A stretch of DNA of 64,000 nucleotides from Candidatus Aenigmatarchaeota archaeon (GTDB taxonomy: Archaea; Aenigmatarchaeota; Aenigmatarchaeia; CG10238-14; SCSR01), in assembly GCA_039090665.1 (NCBI GenBank), contig JAWCSL010000001.1, forward strand, positions 46,524-110,523. Direction: 5' to 3'. The notes under the pieces are model-generated. The model worked only from the letters and a program-made list of their open reading frames with translations. It was not told the origin of the DNA and did no database searches. Within the stretch, counting starts at the first letter, position 1. Each line of letters starts with the position of its first letter. Positions 49,210 to 57,814 of the stretch are shown here, piece by piece. Both the position numbers and the translations under genes were made by a program.

Positions 49210-49467
49210 TTAAGGATATACATATGGAACACTATCTTCTCCAACATTATGGTAAGCATCAAATTCCATTCCACTAATTTTATGAATTATATGTTGTATT
49301 GGCTTCTCTTGAGGAATAATCTTTATTCCTTTCTTTCCATCTAACATTATCCACATTTTTTGCTCAGGAACTATCATCAAATACATATTTAACTGGTCAA
49401 GTAAATTTTTCGCTCTTTCTAACTCATCATCATAGGAAACTACGAATTCAGCAAGCTTGTAATCCAT
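49210..49467 (-). CDS. Hypothetical protein
   Basis: 85-aa ORF with AGGTGGTG SD-like element upstream. Confidence 0.6.
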   Translation of the reverse strand: MDYKLAEFVVSYDDELERAKNLLDQLNMYLMIVPEQKMWIMLDGKKGIKIIPQEKPIQHIIHKISGMEFDAYHNVGEDSVPYVYP

Positions 49468-49759
49468 ATGATCCCACCACCTATAATTGCATAAATAATA
49501 ACTTTAATCAACAAGTGAAAATTTATTATACAAAATTTAACTAAAAAAGCTCTTCACAATTTCTGAATTCTCCAAAATGTCTCACAACAAGGAAAAAGAA
49601 GACTTTTTTTAACACAAGTTCTGAGCAAATTTTTCAAAATCTCTTTTTTATCTTAATATGTTTGCGAACTTCCTTCGGTATTGTTTTCAGAGTAACTTGA
49701 TTTTGAATCCCAAACAAATTAATACCTCCTCTTCCAATTTATTAATGGAGTGTGAAACA

Positions 49760-51091
49760 TTGTACTCTCAAGAAATTTTGTCACTACTAAAGAGTAAAAG
49801 AATTTCTGTTGGTGATAGGGTAAGGATTACCAAGGGCAAAGCAAGCTATGAAGGCTTACTCATGCCCAGGATAGCCCTAGGCGACCCTTCAGTTCTTGTG
49901 TTAAAGCTTGACAATGGCTACAATATCGGAATAAAATTCGAGAAAGGAGTGCAGCTCAAGCTCCTCAAGAAAGGAAAGCCAATAAAGTTCAAGCCAGCTG
50001 TTCTTAAGCCAAGAATCGATAAAGCTAAGCCAACTGTTTCTATCTTGGGCTGTGGCGGCACAATAGCTTCAAGAGTTGAATACACTACTGGAGCTGTCTT
50101 TCCCGCTTTTTCTCCCGCTGACTTGCTTCTTACTTTTCCCGAAATTGGAGAAATAGCTAATATCAAAGCAAGAAAGCTTTTTGATCTTTTTTCTGAAGAC
50201 ATGACACCAAGCCACTGGCAACTAATAGCAAGAGAAGTTGAAAAGGAAGTGAAAGCAGGCTGTGAAGGAGTTGTTTTGATGCACGGTACTGACACACTAC
50301 ACTACACTTCAGCAGCCTTAAGCTTCATGCTTCAAGATTTACCTGTACCTGTGGTTCTTGTTGGAGCTCAGAGGAGCAGCGATAGAGGGAGCAGTGATAA
50401 TGCGATGAACTTGCTTTGCTCTGTCTTGGCTGCAAGCAAAAGCGATTTAGCTGAAGTTTGTGTTTGCATGCATGCAAGTATGAGCGATGATTTTTGCTTC
50501 TTGCATCAAGGCACTAAAGTTAGGAAGCTGCATACAAGCAGGAGAGATGCTTTTCAGTCTGTTAACGCCTTGCCTTTTGCAAGAATTTGGTACCAAGAAA
50601 GAAGGATAGAATACCTTAGACAAGATTTCAGAAAGAGGGAAAAAAGAACCTTGAAGGTTGACGACAAGATAAATCCAAATGTTGGTTTGATCCAAGTTTA
50701 TCCTGGAATAAAACCTGAATTCATCGAAAGCTTGGCAAATCACTTTGAAGGCATAGTTTTGGCTGGAACAGGTTTGGGCCATGTTCCAACAAACCCAAAC
50801 AATGATAAGTTTGCTAAGAGCTTGCTTCCTGCCCTCAAAAACTTGATTTCTTCAGGAATTCCTGTCGTTATAGCGCCACAAACAATTTTTGGCAGGCTCA
50901 ACTTGAATGTTTATTCGGCTGGCAGGCTGTTGGATGAAGTTGGAGTTATAGGAAATGGCTGTGACTGGCTTCCTGAAGTTGCATTTGTAAAACTTGCTTG
51001 GGTTTTAGGTCACACGAAAGATATGAAGAAAGTTAAAGAAATGATGCTCACGAATTATGCTGGTGAAATTTCAAGGAGGATTGAAAAATGA
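49760..51091 (+). CDS. gatD: Glu-tRNA(Gln) amidotransferase subunit D
   Basis: LKLDNGYNIG, GGTIASRV, HGTDT, QRSSDR; TTG start after GGAGTGTG. Confidence 0.97.
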   Translation: MYSQEILSLLKSKRISVGDRVRITKGKASYEGLLMPRIALGDPSVLVLKLDNGYNIGIKFEKGVQLKLLKKGKPIKFKPAVLKPRIDKAKPTVSILGCGGTIASRVEYTTGAVFPAFSPADLLLTFPEIGEIANIKARKLFDLFSEDMTPSHWQLIAREVEKEVKAGCEGVVLMHGTDTLHYTSAALSFMLQDLPVPVVLVGAQRSSDRGSSDNAMNLLCSVLAASKSDLAEVCVCMHASMSDDFCFLHQGTKVRKLHTSRRDAFQSVNALPFARIWYQERRIEYLRQDFRKREKRTLKVDDKINPNVGLIQVYPGIKPEFIESLANHFEGIVLAGTGLGHVPTNPNNDKFAKSLLPALKNLISSGIPVVIAPQTIFGRLNLNVYSAGRLLDEVGVIGNGCDWLPEVAFVKLAWVLGHTKDMKKVKEMMLTNYAGEISRRIEK

Positions 51092-52965
51092 GTGAAAGTG
51101 AAAAAATAAATTACAAGAAAATTGGGTTGAAGGTCGGACTTGAAATCCACCAACAACTGGATACTAAAGAGAAACTCTTCTGTGGTTGCTCCACTGCTAT
51201 GCAAGAAAGAGAACCTGTAGCAATAATTATGAGAAAGCAGCATCCTGTAGCTAGTGAGCTTGGTGAGATTGACATAGCAGCCCAACACGAATACTTGAGA
51301 GACAGAACTTTTTATTATCAAGTTTTCAAGAATGAAAGCTGCTTGGTCGAGTTAGACGAAGAGCCTCCTCATGAAATCAATCCTGAAGCTTTAAATGTTG
51401 CTTTGCAAGTTGCTTTGCTCTTGAATTGCCAAATTCCTGAAGAAATTGAAGTCATGCGAAAAACTGTGATAGATGGAAGCAACCCGACAGGCTTTCAAAG
51501 AACAATGATAATTGGGATGAACGGCTTCTTGAAGTACAAGGGCAAAAAAATTGAAATAAGAAGTATAAGCTTGGAAGAAGATGCTGCTGCCATAGTAGCA
51601 GAAGAAAAAGGCAAGGTAACTTACCGTCTCAATAGGCTTGGAATTCCGCTGGTGGAAATTTCCACAGGAATAATACAAGGATTCAGCCCTGAAGAAATAG
51701 AAGACATAGCTTATCAAATTGGAATGATTTGCCGCTCAACAGGAAAGACTAAGAGAGGAATTGGAACTATAAGACAAGATCTTAACATTTCAATAAAAGG
51801 TTGTGAAAGAACTGAAATCAAGGGAGTTCAAGAGCTTGGTTTGCTGTCAAAAGTCATAGAAAATGAAGTTAGGAGACAACTCTCTCTACTTTCAATTAAA
51901 GCTGAATTAAGGAAGAAAGGTGTGAAAAAGATAAATTTCAAGCCTGTTGATGTTAGCAATTTCTTGAAAGATAGCAATTGTAGAATATTGCGAGCTATAG
52001 TTGAAACTGGAGGGAAAGTTTTTGCTTTGAGACTTCCAAACTTTGGTGGCTATCTTAAAAGAGAAATTTTTCCTGGCAAGACTTTGGGTAAAGAGCTTGC
52101 TGAATTCGTTCAAATTTTTGGTCTAGAAGGAATCATTCACTCAGACGAAGATTTGGCAAAGTACAAAGTGGAAGCTGACTTCAAAAAGATAAGAGAATTT
52201 TTAAAAGCTAAAGAAGAAGATGCGATAATCCTTGTTGGCGAGCCAAAAACTGAAGGAAAAGTTTCGGAGGAGCTTTTGAAGAAAATAAACAGAATTTTGG
52301 AAGTAGGTTCAGAAAAAGAAACTAGAGCTGCAGACGAGCAAGGCATCACGAGATTCACAAGACCATTACCAGGAGCTGCAAGGCTTTATCCAGAGACTGA
52401 TGTCAAACCTGTTTTACTTACAAAAGAATTTTTAGAAAAATTGAGGAAAGAGCTTCCGGAGCCTTGGACCAAAAAGTACGAGAGATTCAAGAAGCAATAC
52501 AAGCTTTCAGACGAGCTTGCAAAACCTTTGCTCGAATCAAAGTACTTCGAGCTCTTTGAAGAAATTTTGAAAAAACACAAGGTTGCTCCTGCAATAGTTG
52601 CGAACACTTTTGTCAACACTTTGAAAGATTTGCATCGAAGGGAGAAAGTTGAAGTTGAGAGGATCACAGAAAAGCATTTCTTTGAGCTTTTTGAAGCTTT
52701 AGAGAAAAAAGAAATAGTTAAAGAAGCCATACCAGAAATTTTGAAGTATTTAGCAAGCTATCCTGGCGAAAGCGTGGAAAATGTGATAAGAGAGCTAAAC
52801 TTGAGACCGATAAGCTTGAATGAGCTGAAGAAGATAGTTGAAGAAGTTTTGACTCAGCCTGGTTTAAGCTACGAGAAGGCTATTGGAATTGTGATGAGTC
52901 AAGTTAGAGGAAGGATAGAAGCTCAAACTGTTATGGAAACTGTGAAAAAGCTTATGAAGAAATGA
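51088..52965 (+). CDS. gatE: Glu-tRNA(Gln) amidotransferase subunit E
   Basis: GLEIHQQL, DGSNPTGFQRT, LEEDAA, PGAARLYPETD. Confidence 0.97.
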   Translation: MSESEKINYKKIGLKVGLEIHQQLDTKEKLFCGCSTAMQEREPVAIIMRKQHPVASELGEIDIAAQHEYLRDRTFYYQVFKNESCLVELDEEPPHEINPEALNVALQVALLLNCQIPEEIEVMRKTVIDGSNPTGFQRTMIIGMNGFLKYKGKKIEIRSISLEEDAAAIVAEEKGKVTYRLNRLGIPLVEISTGIIQGFSPEEIEDIAYQIGMICRSTGKTKRGIGTIRQDLNISIKGCERTEIKGVQELGLLSKVIENEVRRQLSLLSIKAELRKKGVKKINFKPVDVSNFLKDSNCRILRAIVETGGKVFALRLPNFGGYLKREIFPGKTLGKELAEFVQIFGLEGIIHSDEDLAKYKVEADFKKIREFLKAKEEDAIILVGEPKTEGKVSEELLKKINRILEVGSEKETRAADEQGITRFTRPLPGAARLYPETDVKPVLLTKEFLEKLRKELPEPWTKKYERFKKQYKLSDELAKPLLESKYFELFEEILKKHKVAPAIVANTFVNTLKDLHRREKVEVERITEKHFFELFEALEKKEIVKEAIPEILKYLASYPGESVENVIRELNLRPISLNELKKIVEEVLTQPGLSYEKAIGIVMSQVRGRIEAQTVMETVKKLMKK

Positions 52966-53380
52966 TCTTCTTCCTCTCTTTTGCAACAATCTTGCTCGCT
53001 TTCTCCACATCTTTCGGAAATTCTTTTCCCCTCATGATGAAGTGCTTCTCAACTTTTTTCGGCTCAAATCTCTCAACAACAAAAGCTTCGGCTTTCTTCA
53101 AATCAAAGTCTTTACAAGAAAAAATATCAACAGAAGCGAAAGCTTGCTTGACGAAAGTGTGAATGCTTATGTGGCTTTCTGCGATTAAAACAAAAGCTGA
53201 AATGCCACCAGCATCAAAAGAATTTGGATTACCTGGATATTCAATGACTTGGGGAGGAGCTATTTTTCTCATTCCTATGAGGTCTGGGAATTCTTCGAGA
53301 AAGTTAAGTATGAAATTTTTATCAGAGAGTTTTTTCTTGTTGCACTCGTAGAGATCTAAAGTTAAATGCGGACCGAACAT
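52952..53380 (-). CDS. speD: Pyruvoyl-dependent S-adenosylmethionine decarboxylase proenzyme (an arginine decarboxylase paralogue is not excluded)
   Basis: GPHLTLDLYEC, IAESHISIHT, DIFSC. Confidence 0.88.
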   Translation of the reverse strand: MFGPHLTLDLYECNKKKLSDKNFILNFLEEFPDLIGMRKIAPPQVIEYPGNPNSFDAGGISAFVLIAESHISIHTFVKQAFASVDIFSCKDFDLKKAEAFVVERFEPKKVEKHFIMRGKEFPKDVEKASKIVAKERKKIISS

Positions 53381-53446
53381 CTCTTTCTATGACCTCTTTT
53401 GAAATATGATAATAATATTTTGCAATTCTCCTATTTAAATTTTTTT

Positions 53447-54721
53447 TTAAATTTTCTTTGCGACTATAAAATTTTCTCTTGCTTCTTTGATTTCAACTTC
53501 AACAAATTTTCCAAAAATTTCTTCTCTCGTTTTCAGCACAATCGGCTTATAAGCAAAGTTTCTAGCAACAAATGTTTTTTTCTTACCGATTTCATCAACC
53601 AGAGCTTCACCTCTCCATCCAACCCATTCTTTATTTCTTTCCAAAGAAATCTTTCTTATCAGCTCGCTCAACTTCAAGCTCCTTTCATTTATTGTTTTAG
53701 CATCAAGTTGCTCCATTTTAGCGGCTTCTGTTCTTGGTCTTGAACCAAATTTCGACAAATTAACAACTTCTGGTTTGACCTTTTCCAAAATTTTCACGGT
53801 AGCCAAAAAATCTTTTTCAGTTTCGGAAGGAAAACCTGCTATGATATCTGTACTCAAAGTTAGCTGAGGAAAAGTCTTCCTGAATTTTTTCACAATTTTG
53901 ACAAAATCTTTTGCTTCATAGCCTCTGTTCATGAGCTTCAATATCCTATTGCTTCCAGACTGCAAAGGCAAGTGCAAGAATTTGAAGATCTTCTCATCTT
54001 GATAAGCTTCTACAAGCTCTTTCAAAATCTTTTTAACATGCAAAGGATTTGCCATCCCAACTCTCACGAAAAACTTTCCTTCTATCTTGCGAACTTCTCC
54101 CAAAAGCTCTGCCAAATTTGTTCCAATATCAAAGCCATAGCATCCACAATCCAAGCTGGTAAGCCAAATTTCTCTGCAGCCATCAGCTACAGCTTTCTTC
54201 ACTTCTTCCACTATTCCTTGCAAAGGATAGCTGAATAGTTTGCTCCTATAAGGCTCGTAGCAATAGCTACAATTTGAAGTACAACCTCGAGCTATTTGCA
54301 CTATTCCCACGAGAGGGTTCCTTCTACATCTTGGCAATCCTAGTTTAGGATTTTTTAAATCTTGAATTAAAACAACTCTTTCTCCTTGTAAAGTAGCTTT
54401 TACCACATCAACCATTTTTTCAACATTGTCGGGAGCAAGTATAGAAGCTCTCGGATTTATTTTTTCTATTAGCTTGGCATCAGTTTTCGCCATACAACCA
54501 GCAACTATCAGAGGCTTTTTCAATTTTGAAAATTCTCTGATCTTGTGGAGCATTTTGTTGAAAGTTTGTTGCTTTACCACACAAGTGAAAATTACATTTA
54601 AACTACTTTCTTTTTCATCTTTCGCTATTTCAAATCCAGACTGCTTAAGAAGACCACAAGCTATTTCGAAATCTGCCGTGTTGGATGGGCAGCCATAAGC
54701 TTCAAGGTAAACTTTTACCAT
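53447..54721 (-). CDS. MiaB-like tRNA methylthiotransferase (archaeal MtaB type)
   Basis: YGC, TC, AGC N-domain; CTSNCSYC; HLPLQSGS; TRAM domain. Confidence 0.92.
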   Translation of the reverse strand: MVKVYLEAYGCPSNTADFEIACGLLKQSGFEIAKDEKESSLNVIFTCVVKQQTFNKMLHKIREFSKLKKPLIVAGCMAKTDAKLIEKINPRASILAPDNVEKMVDVVKATLQGERVVLIQDLKNPKLGLPRCRRNPLVGIVQIARGCTSNCSYCYEPYRSKLFSYPLQGIVEEVKKAVADGCREIWLTSLDCGCYGFDIGTNLAELLGEVRKIEGKFFVRVGMANPLHVKKILKELVEAYQDEKIFKFLHLPLQSGSNRILKLMNRGYEAKDFVKIVKKFRKTFPQLTLSTDIIAGFPSETEKDFLATVKILEKVKPEVVNLSKFGSRPRTEAAKMEQLDAKTINERSLKLSELIRKISLERNKEWVGWRGEALVDEIGKKKTFVARNFAYKPIVLKTREEIFGKFVEVEIKEARENFIVAKKI

Positions 54722-54726
54722 TTTCC

Positions 54727-55170
54727 CTACTTTTTCTTTCTAGAGCTAATTATTTGTTGGAAGTGTTCATAAACTTCCTCAGGATTTTTTATTCCTTTCA
54801 AGAGAATTTCATCTTTAAAGCCAGAGATTTTCACATCACCAAATTTCAGTATTCTTCCGATCAAAGTTTTGTTCATTGTCGTGCCGGCTATTTGGTCATA
54901 AGGTATGGAAATTCTCTTTTTTGATAGGATTCCTTCAACCATGGTGACATTCTCTTCTTCTAGAAAATATTCCCTATAAATTCTGACAATCTCTGGCTCA
55001 ACTAAAGCTATTATGATTAAAGGAATGCAAACGAGTAAAAAAACTGATTTAAGGGAGTAATCGAGTTCGGTAAAATAAATTGAGATCAAAAAAACAACAA
55101 GAATCAACACAAAGATATAATTTGAAAAGAAAGATATGCGTGAAGTTTTGTACTTGGTAGGTAGCTTCAT
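54727..55170 (-). CDS. Membrane protein with bacterial PH domain
   Basis: Two TM; GILSK...IPYDQI...GRILKFGDV. Confidence 0.8.
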   Translation of the reverse strand: MKLPTKYKTSRISFFSNYIFVLILVVFLISIYFTELDYSLKSVFLLVCIPLIIIALVEPEIVRIYREYFLEEENVTMVEGILSKKRISIPYDQIAGTTMNKTLIGRILKFGDVKISGFKDEILLKGIKNPEEVYEHFQQIISSRKKK

Positions 55171-55202
55171 AATTAAAAATAAAATTTTTTAGAATATATT
55201 TA

Positions 55203-55814
55203 GTGATTTCTTTGAATGTGAAAGAAGAAAAACAAAAGTTGAGAGAAGAAATTTGGAACAAAATGGAAAAATTGCGCGTTGCTTTACCACCTTTTCCTAT
55301 TAGGAATAGAATTCCAAATTTCATTGGAAGTGATAAAGCCGCAGAAAAAGTGAGGGAATTGGAAGAATGGAAGAAAGCAAAGGTGATATTGGTAAATCCA
55401 GACTCTCCTCAAAGAAGAATAAGAGAGCTTGCTTTACTAGATAAGAAAATTTTAGTTTTCGCTTCACCTAGGCTGAAACACGGTTACCTTAAAATTGATT
55501 CACAAAAAACCGAAGGAAAGGAAAAGCTTGCCTCAACCATAAAAGGTGCTTTTAAGTTTGGTGAAAAGTTGAAAGAATTGCCAAAACCAGATTTGATAGT
55601 TACGGGATGTGTTGCTGTAGACAAAGATTTCTACAGGCTTGGCAAAGGTTGTGGCTATGGTGATAAGGAAATAAAAATGTTTGAAGAGAAATTCGGGAAG
55701 ATTGTGGTCGTTACTACAATTCATGATTGCCAGCTTGTAGAAAAAGTTCCGAGAGAAGAAAATGACACAAGAGTGGATATAATAGTTACACCTACCAAAA
55801 TCTTTAGGCGATAG
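55203..55814 (+). CDS. 5-formyltetrahydrofolate cyclo-ligase family protein
   Basis: RIPNF, VNPDSPQ, RLGKGCGYGD, DIIVTP. Confidence 0.9.
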   Translation: MISLNVKEEKQKLREEIWNKMEKLRVALPPFPIRNRIPNFIGSDKAAEKVRELEEWKKAKVILVNPDSPQRRIRELALLDKKILVFASPRLKHGYLKIDSQKTEGKEKLASTIKGAFKFGEKLKELPKPDLIVTGCVAVDKDFYRLGKGCGYGDKEIKMFEEKFGKIVVVTTIHDCQLVEKVPREENDTRVDIIVTPTKIFRR

Positions 55815-55815
55815 A

Positions 55816-56913
55816 ATGGGAATTTGCAAAATCTGTAAAAAAGAATCAAATCTAATTTCTTCTTATTTAGAGTTATGTAGAGATTGTATCCTTAAAGAGA
55901 AGAAATCAGTTGAAGTTATTCGTGAAGTCCATTCAAAATCTAGAGAAGAATTTAAACTACCGGAAAAAATCCCAAAATGTAAGAATGGTTTGCTTTGTGG
56001 AATGTGTGGCAATAAATGTAAAATTGGGTTGAAGGAAAAAGGATTTTGTGGTTTAGTAGAAAATAAAGACAACAAGCTTGTAAGGCTTGCTGGAACTAAA
56101 GAAAAAGGATTGTGTGAATGGTATTATGATGAACATGTGACGAATTGTGTAGCTTCTTGGGTTTGCCCAGCTGGTACTGGTTGTGGTTATCCAAAATATG
56201 CGAGAAAAGAAGGACCTGAAATTGGCTACTACAATTTAGCTGTGTTTTATGGGGCTTGCAATTTCAATTGCCTCTTTTGCCAAAACTGGCACTTCAAAGA
56301 AAATACAAGAAAACTTTTCCCCTTGATTTCAGCGCAAGAGTTAGCAGAAAAAGTGAATGAAAATGTGAGTTGTATTTGTTATTTTGGTGGTGATCCTGGA
56401 CCACAATTGCTCCATGCAATAGAAACTTCAAAAATAGCAAGAGAAAAATTCAAGAATTTAAGAATTTGTATGGAAACAAACGGTAACTTAAACACTTCTC
56501 TTTTAAAAAAATTTGCGAAAATTTCTTTTGAGTCTGGTGGTACAATAAAGTTTGATTTGAAATTCAAAAGCGAAGCCCTTTCTTTGGCAATTTGCGGTAT
56601 TTCTAACAAGCAAACTTACAAGAATTTCAAAATTTTAGCAAAATTTCACAAAAAAAGAAAAGAAGTTCCTTTCTTACATGCAAGCACTTTGTTGATTCCG
56701 GGCTATGTGAATGAAGAAGAAGTTAAGACTATTGCAAAATTCATAGCAAAGCAAGATAAAAGCATACCTTACTCTCTTCTAGCCTTTTATCCAACTTTCT
56801 TTTTTTCTGATCTTCCTTTCACGAGCAAAAAACTAGCTTTCAATTGCTTGAAGGTAGCGAAAGAAGCTGGGTTAGAAAAAGTTAGGATTGGAAATTTTCA
56901 TTTGCTACATTAG
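55816..56913 (+). CDS. Radical SAM protein (PflA-like / AmmeMemo-related)
   Basis: CNFNCLFCQNW, YFGGDP, ETNG, RIGNFHL. Confidence 0.88.
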   Translation: MGICKICKKESNLISSYLELCRDCILKEKKSVEVIREVHSKSREEFKLPEKIPKCKNGLLCGMCGNKCKIGLKEKGFCGLVENKDNKLVRLAGTKEKGLCEWYYDEHVTNCVASWVCPAGTGCGYPKYARKEGPEIGYYNLAVFYGACNFNCLFCQNWHFKENTRKLFPLISAQELAEKVNENVSCICYFGGDPGPQLLHAIETSKIAREKFKNLRICMETNGNLNTSLLKKFAKISFESGGTIKFDLKFKSEALSLAICGISNKQTYKNFKILAKFHKKRKEVPFLHASTLLIPGYVNEEEVKTIAKFIAKQDKSIPYSLLAFYPTFFFSDLPFTSKKLAFNCLKVAKEAGLEKVRIGNFHLLH

Positions 56914-57663
56914 CCTCAACTCTTTAATTTTAGGAAATTTTAACGCACCAGCTTCTTTATCCAAAGCTATTGGAGTCAATTCATCCACATCAACTTCTTT
57001 TAAAATTGGAGAGAGCAATTCTTCTTTTTCTATTGCATTTATCGCAACACCAGAAGCCAAAGGTGAAAAAGCTGGCAAGCAAATTATTTTTCTCCCGTCT
57101 TTCATCTTCCCATAAAGCAAGCAAGGCACTTTTATTCTGTCATAGCCTTCAGCCAAAAGAATTGCAGGCTGCTCATGCCCTATCACAACAACCTTAGCTT
57201 CTTTAGGGAACAAAATTTTCTTGTGACCATGTGTAAAGAGAATTTCGCCAGCTAGATAATAAGGATCAAAAACTTTTATGCCCAGCTTGCTTGCTATGTT
57301 TAGCAAATAATTGTCATGATTCCCCCTAACAAGAATTATCTCACCAACTTTCTTGCTCAAAAAGCCTATCAGCTCCTTAACTTCCCTCCACTCTTGAGCA
57401 GAAGCTTCACCAAACTCGTGCTTCACATCACCATTTATCACAACAGCCTTTGGCTCAACCTTTTTAAAAATTCCTTTCAAAGCTTCTATAATTTCTTTCA
57501 GTTGAACTTGTGGCACAAAAATCCCTTGCTCTGCCAAATAAAGCTCTTCTCCAAGTTGCAAATCGGAAATTGCAAGCAAGCTAAGCTTCTCAACAAAAAT
57601 AGCGGGATAGCTGTCTATTACCTTAATTCCAGGGAAAATTTCAATTTCACTTTTCTTCCGCAT
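56905..57663 (-). CDS. Metallophosphoesterase (Lhr-associated type)
   Basis: ISDLQLG, NGDVKH, RGNHD, THGH, GHEQP, PAFSPL. Confidence 0.9.
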   Translation of the reverse strand: MRKKSEIEIFPGIKVIDSYPAIFVEKLSLLAISDLQLGEELYLAEQGIFVPQVQLKEIIEALKGIFKKVEPKAVVINGDVKHEFGEASAQEWREVKELIGFLSKKVGEIILVRGNHDNYLLNIASKLGIKVFDPYYLAGEILFTHGHKKILFPKEAKVVVIGHEQPAILLAEGYDRIKVPCLLYGKMKDGRKIICLPAFSPLASGVAINAIEKEELLSPILKEVDVDELTPIALDKEAGALKFPKIKELRLM

Positions 57664-57814
57664 AGATAACAGCATCTTTATTTATAATCTTCCTCTTTCC
57701 CTTATCTTCAAGAACTATCCATTGATCAGCTTCTTTTAAAATTCCTTCAAAAGGCACGGAAGTGTCGCCAAGCATCACGATAAGTCTAACTTTCTTGCCA
57801 ACAAGATCTTTCAT
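57647..57814 (-). CDS. 55-aa Sm/Hfq-fold-like small protein (not in ORF track)
   Basis: MKDLVGKKVRLIVMLGDTSVPFEGILKEADQWIVLEDKGKRKIINKDAVIYAEEK; ATGA overlap with the lhr stop. Confidence 0.7.
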   Translation of the reverse strand: MKDLVGKKVRLIVMLGDTSVPFEGILKEADQWIVLEDKGKRKIINKDAVIYAEEK

